Source: a virus. Taken from it: a stretch of 64,000 bases of DNA. Below are positions 59,073-64,000 of this stretch, piece by piece (the stretch's first letter is position 1; every line of letters starts with the position of its first letter). The stretch lies in UHGV virus genome UHGV-1364187; one strand, written 5' to 3'. The translations under genes and the position numbers were made by a program. A model generated the notes under the pieces. It made no database searches. It was not told the origin of the DNA and saw only the letters and a program-made list of their open reading frames with translations.

Positions 59073-61118
59073 ATGTCTTTAGTTAATCAAATAAACGACA
59101 TTACAGATAGTATAAAACTATATAAGGATGCATTTATAAAAGAATTAAAAAATAAGAATATTACAATTGATTATGATTCTGGTTTTCAAGAGATATCAGA
59201 AAAAATACAAGATATTTCATCATCAGTAACTGAATTTTCAACATGTGCATATAATGAAGATTACATAAATGGGGTATGGAAAAATGTATCAACATTACCA
59301 GATAGTATATATAAGATGAAAGCTGAAGTTATTGATAATAAAATAGAATGTTTGAATGCTAATTATAGACTAGAATATGATGGATCTTCATGGACTAAAT
59401 TTACTGATATTCCATACTCATGTGGAATTGATATGTGTGTTATAAATTATAATAATGAACTTCATGTATTAGGAGGCGGTACTGGATCTAATAGAACAAA
59501 ACACTATAAATACGATGGTGATTTGTGGACCACAGTGTCAACTATACCATATCAATTTTATAGAGGAATATGTATTGTGTATAATAATGAGATACATCTG
59601 ATAGGTGGATATTCTTCTAATAATTATCATTATAAATATGATGGAAATTCTTGGACAAAAGTGGCAGTGTTACCATTCGCTTCAGTGTACGGTACAGCTG
59701 TAGTGTATAATAATGAAATACATGTTATTTCTGCAAATTCAACAAATGCTTCAAAAGGGAATCATTATAAATATGATGGGACATCATGGAGTTTAGTTAC
59801 TACATTTGAACCTGTAAAAACAAATAATGATAGATCTTGTTATTCAATAGCAGTTGTTTATAATAATAAGATACATGTATTCAATGCGTACGATTCATAT
59901 TATAATACATATGATGGTACATCATGGACTTCTATTGGAAATTACCCATATGGCACATATAGTGCAATTGTTATATATAATAATAAAATACATTCATTGG
60001 GAGGCAGTAATACTAATTTAACACATGTAAAATTGGAATTTTCTAATAATACAATACCTTCAAATATATCTAGTACAATTGTAGATAATATATCAAGTGA
60101 TGATGATATATTTGATAGTATATATTATAAAGGTAAAATATATTCATTTGCTAATGAATATAGATATGAATATGATGGTACATCATGGACTAAAATATCA
60201 GATATACCTAACTTATATGCAAATATTATGAGGTGTGCGGTAGCAATATATGATAATAAAATTCATATATTGGGTGGCGGTTATGCTGAAGATAGAGCTG
60301 GTCATTATTCATATGATGGTACATCATGGACTAGTGTATCATCTTTACCAATAAGATCAGTATACGCTAATGCTATATCGTATAATGGAGAACTTCATCT
60401 TATTGGTGGGGATGGATACACTACAATACATTATAAGTGGGACGGAACTTCATGGACACAACTTACAAATTTACCGTTCGATTCCAAATCAGGAACATGT
60501 GTTATATATAATAATGAAATTCATATAGTAACAAGTGTTGATAGAGGATATGATGTGCACCATTATAAATATGATGGAACGACATGGACTCTTATTCACA
60601 CATTTACTTCAGACGAAATTAATAGACCAGAATACACAAAAATGATATTATATGATAATAAATTGCACTTATTTAGTGAGTTTAATAATAGATATTATAT
60701 ATTTGACGGGACATCGTGGACATATGTATCTAATTATACATACGATGGATATGCTTCCAGTGGTATAGTTATATATAATGATAAAATTAATACTATAGGT
60801 GGATATTCTAAAATGTATAGATATATTATAGATTATAATGAACTTTCTATAAATTGTACAATGATAATTCCTAGTACATCAACAATATACCACGAAACTA
60901 CATCTCCTACTATAACTAAAATAAATGATGATTATAATCTTATATCTTTTATAAAAGGTGAATATTTAACTATTGCTAATAACAACAAATTAATATATGT
61001 GTGTAAGAATGATACTACTAATAAGTGTTATTTACCAAAAGGAACAAAAATTAATGGAACAGAAATAACAACATACGGAGTAGTGGATTATCCTACAACA
61101 GCATGTATTATAGAATAA
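59073..61118 (+). CDS. Kelch-repeat beta-propeller protein, long paralogue
   Basis: About 12 YDGTSWT repeats. Both ends are homologous to 57772-59028. Confidence 0.6.
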   Translation: MSLVNQINDITDSIKLYKDAFIKELKNKNITIDYDSGFQEISEKIQDISSSVTEFSTCAYNEDYINGVWKNVSTLPDSIYKMKAEVIDNKIECLNANYRLEYDGSSWTKFTDIPYSCGIDMCVINYNNELHVLGGGTGSNRTKHYKYDGDLWTTVSTIPYQFYRGICIVYNNEIHLIGGYSSNNYHYKYDGNSWTKVAVLPFASVYGTAVVYNNEIHVISANSTNASKGNHYKYDGTSWSLVTTFEPVKTNNDRSCYSIAVVYNNKIHVFNAYDSYYNTYDGTSWTSIGNYPYGTYSAIVIYNNKIHSLGGSNTNLTHVKLEFSNNTIPSNISSTIVDNISSDDDIFDSIYYKGKIYSFANEYRYEYDGTSWTKISDIPNLYANIMRCAVAIYDNKIHILGGGYAEDRAGHYSYDGTSWTSVSSLPIRSVYANAISYNGELHLIGGDGYTTIHYKWDGTSWTQLTNLPFDSKSGTCVIYNNEIHIVTSVDRGYDVHHYKYDGTTWTLIHTFTSDEINRPEYTKMILYDNKLHLFSEFNNRYYIFDGTSWTYVSNYTYDGYASSGIVIYNDKINTIGGYSKMYRYIIDYNELSINCTMIIPSTSTIYHETTSPTITKINDDYNLISFIKGEYLTIANNNKLIYVCKNDTTNKCYLPKGTKINGTEITTYGVVDYPTTACIIE

Positions 61119-61136
61119 AAAAAGGAGGAATATTTT

Positions 61137-61484
61137 ATGACAACGACAGACTATAAGTACAATAATCAAGAAGTATCATATGAAATCTTAAGTAATGGAT
61201 ATGAAATTTATTTAAGTGGAAGATTATGGATATCACAAAAAGAACCATATATTCCAAATCCATCATTATCATATGAAGAAAATTGCTTAAATCAGATTAA
61301 AGAAACCTGTACAGCAGTTTCTAAAGATGAAACAGAATTAGAACAACTTAAAACAACTAATATGCAATTAGAATCACAAATTTCAGAATTAGACAAAACA
61401 TGTAGTATGCTATTATTACAAATAGCACAATATCATAATGAAGAAATGTCTTCTTCAACAACAGATACTACTACAACAAAATAA
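61137..61484 (+). CDS. coiled-coil hypothetical protein
   Basis: 115-aa ORF. Confidence 0.45.
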   Translation: MTTTDYKYNNQEVSYEILSNGYEIYLSGRLWISQKEPYIPNPSLSYEENCLNQIKETCTAVSKDETELEQLKTTNMQLESQISELDKTCSMLLLQIAQYHNEEMSSSTTDTTTTK

Positions 61485-61514
61485 TACAATTATAAATTAA
61501 AGGAGTTGTTAATC

Positions 61515-61676
61515 ATGATTTCATTTTACAATCAAATTAAAAGATATTATTTACAAGGACGATATACAGAAAATGATTTAGACACATTCGTAAAAGCTGG
61601 TATGATAACGGAGAGTGAAAATAATGAAATTATCAAAGCAAAAGTTGAGATTGAGTCTAATAATTCTACTAACTAA
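61515..61676 (+). CDS. XkdX-family small protein (53 aa, not in the ORF track)
   Basis: IKRYYLQGRYTENDLDTFVKAGMITESE matches the XkdX pattern (KRYYD.GLWT...V..GKIT..EY..I). Confidence 0.55.
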   Translation: MISFYNQIKRYYLQGRYTENDLDTFVKAGMITESENNEIIKAKVEIESNNSTN

Positions 61677-61722
61677 TATTAACTTTTATATAAATAATAT
61701 TTTTGAAAGGATGGTGAAAAGA

Positions 61723-61896
61723 ATGTGGTATCCTGTTATTAGAAGATATTATTTACAAGGAATGTATACAGATGCAAATTTAATCGTATTTGTTACTGCT
61801 GGTATGATTACAGAGCAACAGATGAACGATTTAATTGCTGAAAAAGAAGCTCTTGAAAAAGAGCAAGACAGCACTTCTACAGAAGATGGAGAATAA
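61723..61896 (+). CDS. XkdX-family small protein, second copy
   Basis: MWYPVIRRYYLQGMYTDANLIVFVTAGMITEQQ. The ORF opens at 61615. Confidence 0.55.
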   Translation: MWYPVIRRYYLQGMYTDANLIVFVTAGMITEQQMNDLIAEKEALEKEQDSTSTEDGE

Positions 61897-61903
61897 TAAG
61901 ATG

Positions 61904-61949
61904 AAACCCATAGTGATAAAAATGTCACTATGGGTTTTTACATTTTAAT
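61904..61949 (+). terminator. rho-independent terminator
   Basis: 13-bp perfect stem aaacccatagtga/tcactatgggttt, then ttttacatttt. Confidence 0.7.
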
Positions 61950-61977
61950 AATACTTTATAAAAAGGAGGAGTTTATC

Positions 61978-62427
61978 ATGAATACTGGTGATATAATCTT
62001 AGTAAAAAATAATAAGTTAATTAGTAAGATTATTAAATGGTGGACTAAAAGTGAATATTCACATGTAGCATTAGCAGTGGATGATTTACATATGTATGAA
62101 ACAAATTATGATACTAATTCACATATAAAGATTATAGATTTTCCAACTAATATGTATGACATATATAGACTTAAAGATACATCAAAATTAGATACAGAGA
62201 AACTCAATAAGTTTATGAAAGAACATCTAAAAAATAAATATGATTTAGGTGAAATCTTTAAAATTGTATTTAAAATAAACACACCAGATGATGATGGTAA
62301 ATATATATGTTCTATGTTGGTCAGAGAAGCTTTCTTAGATCAGGGAATAGATTTAACTCCTGGAATTGAAATTCCAACTCCAGAAGATTTAAGTCATAGT
62401 GAGCTATTATATAAAGTAGAAGAATAA
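61978..62427 (+). CDS. YiiX/YaeF-like permuted papain-fold (C92) peptidase, putative cell-wall hydrolase or lysis protein
   Basis: GDIILVKNN..ISKIIKWWTKSEYSHVALAV, with a later Cys in YICSMLV. ATG at 61978 after AAAGGAGG. Confidence 0.55.
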   Translation: MNTGDIILVKNNKLISKIIKWWTKSEYSHVALAVDDLHMYETNYDTNSHIKIIDFPTNMYDIYRLKDTSKLDTEKLNKFMKEHLKNKYDLGEIFKIVFKINTPDDDGKYICSMLVREAFLDQGIDLTPGIEIPTPEDLSHSELLYKVEE

Positions 62428-62430
62428 TTA

Positions 62431-62462
62431 GTAAGTGTGCAGTTAAAATACTGCACACTTAC
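62431..62462 (+). terminator. hairpin
   Basis: 13-bp perfect stem gtaagtgtgcagt/actgcacacttac. Confidence 0.45.
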
Positions 62463-62493
62463 ATTATAATAAAATAGAAAGGAGGTAATATGA

Positions 62494-63354
62494 ATGAATT
62501 TAAGTAGTATTACTGATGTAAAATGGAATGAAAAAGATATACAAAAATTATTATATTGTGGTAATACATTATGGGAAAGAAAAACAGAAAATGTAAAATA
62601 CACAGAGTATAATACAGATAGACTTGATACTGATATTGAACTTAAATATTATAGTGCTGTAGTGTATAATGATCAAATACATTTAATAGGAAAAAATTCA
62701 TATGTAACACAACATACAATATTTGATGGAACTAGTTGGAGCTATGGTACTAATTTTAATTATGGACCTGGTGTTGCTGCAGTGTATAACGGTAAGATTC
62801 ATAATATGAATGGATATGGGTGGTATAGTTATGATGGATCTTCATGGTCTAGTGAAGGAAGTGTACCATATCCATGTAGTCAAGCTGCAATTGGAGTTTA
62901 TGATAATGAGATCCATATAATGGGTAGTATAACTTCTGAATATGGCAAGAAACATTATAAATATGATGGATCATCTTGGTCAGAGGACACATATTGGCTA
63001 CCAGGACAAAATACTGGTGGAGGAAATATAGTTAAATATAAAGGTAAGATATATTATGGAAATATGGAATGGGACGGAACACGCATTACTGTATTAGGCG
63101 ACCATTTAATTAGATCATCATGTTATAATGATATAATATACAATGGATATTTGTATATATTTGCTGATGATTTAGCCAGTGGAACTATAGGTCTATTTAA
63201 TGCTATATTTAGATACGATGGTTCCAATTTAGAATTTATAGGTAGAACACCATATAGTATGCAGAAAGCATTAACTGTATTATATAATAATAAAATTCAT
63301 ATTATTGGTAAGAATGATGTACTAGCAAGTTCTCATTACATGTTAAATATTTAA
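62494..63354 (+). CDS. Kelch-repeat beta-propeller protein, short paralogue
   Basis: Repeats FDGTSWSYGTNF, YDGSSWSSEGSVPY and YKYDGSSWSED. Confidence 0.55.
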   Translation: MNLSSITDVKWNEKDIQKLLYCGNTLWERKTENVKYTEYNTDRLDTDIELKYYSAVVYNDQIHLIGKNSYVTQHTIFDGTSWSYGTNFNYGPGVAAVYNGKIHNMNGYGWYSYDGSSWSSEGSVPYPCSQAAIGVYDNEIHIMGSITSEYGKKHYKYDGSSWSEDTYWLPGQNTGGGNIVKYKGKIYYGNMEWDGTRITVLGDHLIRSSCYNDIIYNGYLYIFADDLASGTIGLFNAIFRYDGSNLEFIGRTPYSMQKALTVLYNNKIHIIGKNDVLASSHYMLNI

Positions 63355-63369
63355 GGAGGAATATAAATT

Positions 63370-64000
63370 ATGAATAATTCAGATTTTATTAAAATGATGG
63401 TAGAATATAATAAAGATTGTAAATCAACTTTTAAATCTGTTTCTATTGCACAAGCTATAGAAGAATCTGGTAGCGGAACATCAAATTTATATGTGTTAGC
63501 TAATGCTTCATATGGTATTAAAGCGACATCAACATGGTCAGGTAAAGTATATTCAACTGCAACTAAACAAGTATATAGTTCTTATGATGAAGCTAAAAAA
63601 GTTGGAGGAACTTTATATAGAGCTTATAATTATATAAAAGACTCTGTAATAGATCATGATAAATTCTTACAAGCTAGTAGATATACTCCAGTAAGAAATG
63701 CTAAATCTTATCAAGAAGCATGTTTACAATTAAGATTATGTGGATATTGTCCAGATGATGGATATGAAACAAGACTTATGAAAATTATAACTAAATATAA
63801 TCTTACTCAATACGATGAACCATTAGAATTTCCATTTAAAGTTAAAGTTGTATATAGTGGAAAGGATGGTGTAAATGTAAGAAAAAATCCAGATTATAAA
63901 GATTCATCAATAGATAATGTCAATGGACCTATTATGTATGGCAGTCAATGTACTGTAGTAGAATTAGTTGGTGATTTTTATAAAACAAAGTCTGGTTTAT
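63370..64000 (+). CDS. endolysin: N-acetylglucosaminidase (LytD/FlgJ-type) with an SH3b-like domain, 3'-partial
   Basis: SIAQAIEESGSGTS matches the glucosaminidase AQAALESGWG motif. The later VKVVYSGKDGVNVRKNP is SH3b-like. RBS AAGGAGGA. The gene runs off the window. Confidence 0.65.
   Translation, partial: MNNSDFIKMMVEYNKDCKSTFKSVSIAQAIEESGSGTSNLYVLANASYGIKATSTWSGKVYSTATKQVYSSYDEAKKVGGTLYRAYNYIKDSVIDHDKFLQASRYTPVRNAKSYQEACLQLRLCGYCPDDGYETRLMKIITKYNLTQYDEPLEFPFKVKVVYSGKDGVNVRKNPDYKDSSIDNVNGPIMYGSQCTVVELVGDFYKTKSGL

Noticed and set aside
1-64000. tRNA genes or CRISPR arrays
   Set aside because: No clover-leaf-like G+C-rich 70-90-nt segments were seen outside the two introns. The only GTTCGA-like T-loop candidate (24863) lies inside the recA intron. 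No regularly spaced direct repeats were seen.

Overview
The window is strongly AT-rich (about 30% G+C by eye) and densely packed with genes that have strong Gram-positive-type AGGAGG ribosome-binding sites. It reads as part of a large virulent phage genome, probably a jumbo myovirus of a low-GC Firmicute, with affinities to the phiKZ and AR9/PBS1 phages. Positions 1-31,500 are mostly minus-strand genes for replication, recombination, nucleotide metabolism and transcription. They include a truncated family-B DNA polymerase (exonuclease domain plus motif A only), a Rad50/SbcC-like ATPase, a guanylate-kinase-like protein, an NAD-dependent DNA ligase, dihydrofolate reductase, and two non-adjacent fragments of a multisubunit RNA-polymerase beta subunit. 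A RecA/UvsX-like recombinase and a tubulin/FtsZ-like PhuZ/TubZ GTPase are also present. The RNA-polymerase beta C-terminal gene and the recA-like gene are each interrupted by a small group I intron with no internal ORF. The two introns are homologous to each other (minus strand, about 21,990-22,470 and 24,767-25,150). Positions 31,500-64,000 are plus-strand. They carry a Dda/RecD-like helicase, both subunits of a T4-like type II topoisomerase, and a long array of paralogous tail-fibre and receptor-binding genes. That array includes proteins with an N-terminal 'YTKTEVD' motif, Ig-like tandem duplicates, a beta-helix depolymerase and three Kelch-repeat beta-propeller proteins. A glycoside-hydrolase-like gene is followed by a 1.6 kb island of decayed paralogues with in-frame stops and poly-A frameshifts. 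The plus-strand region ends with a lysis cluster: two XkdX-like genes, a YiiX/C92-type peptidase and a glucosaminidase-SH3b endolysin that runs off the window. Many convergent or unidirectional rho-independent terminator hairpins are visible. No rRNA, tRNA or CRISPR array was recognised.
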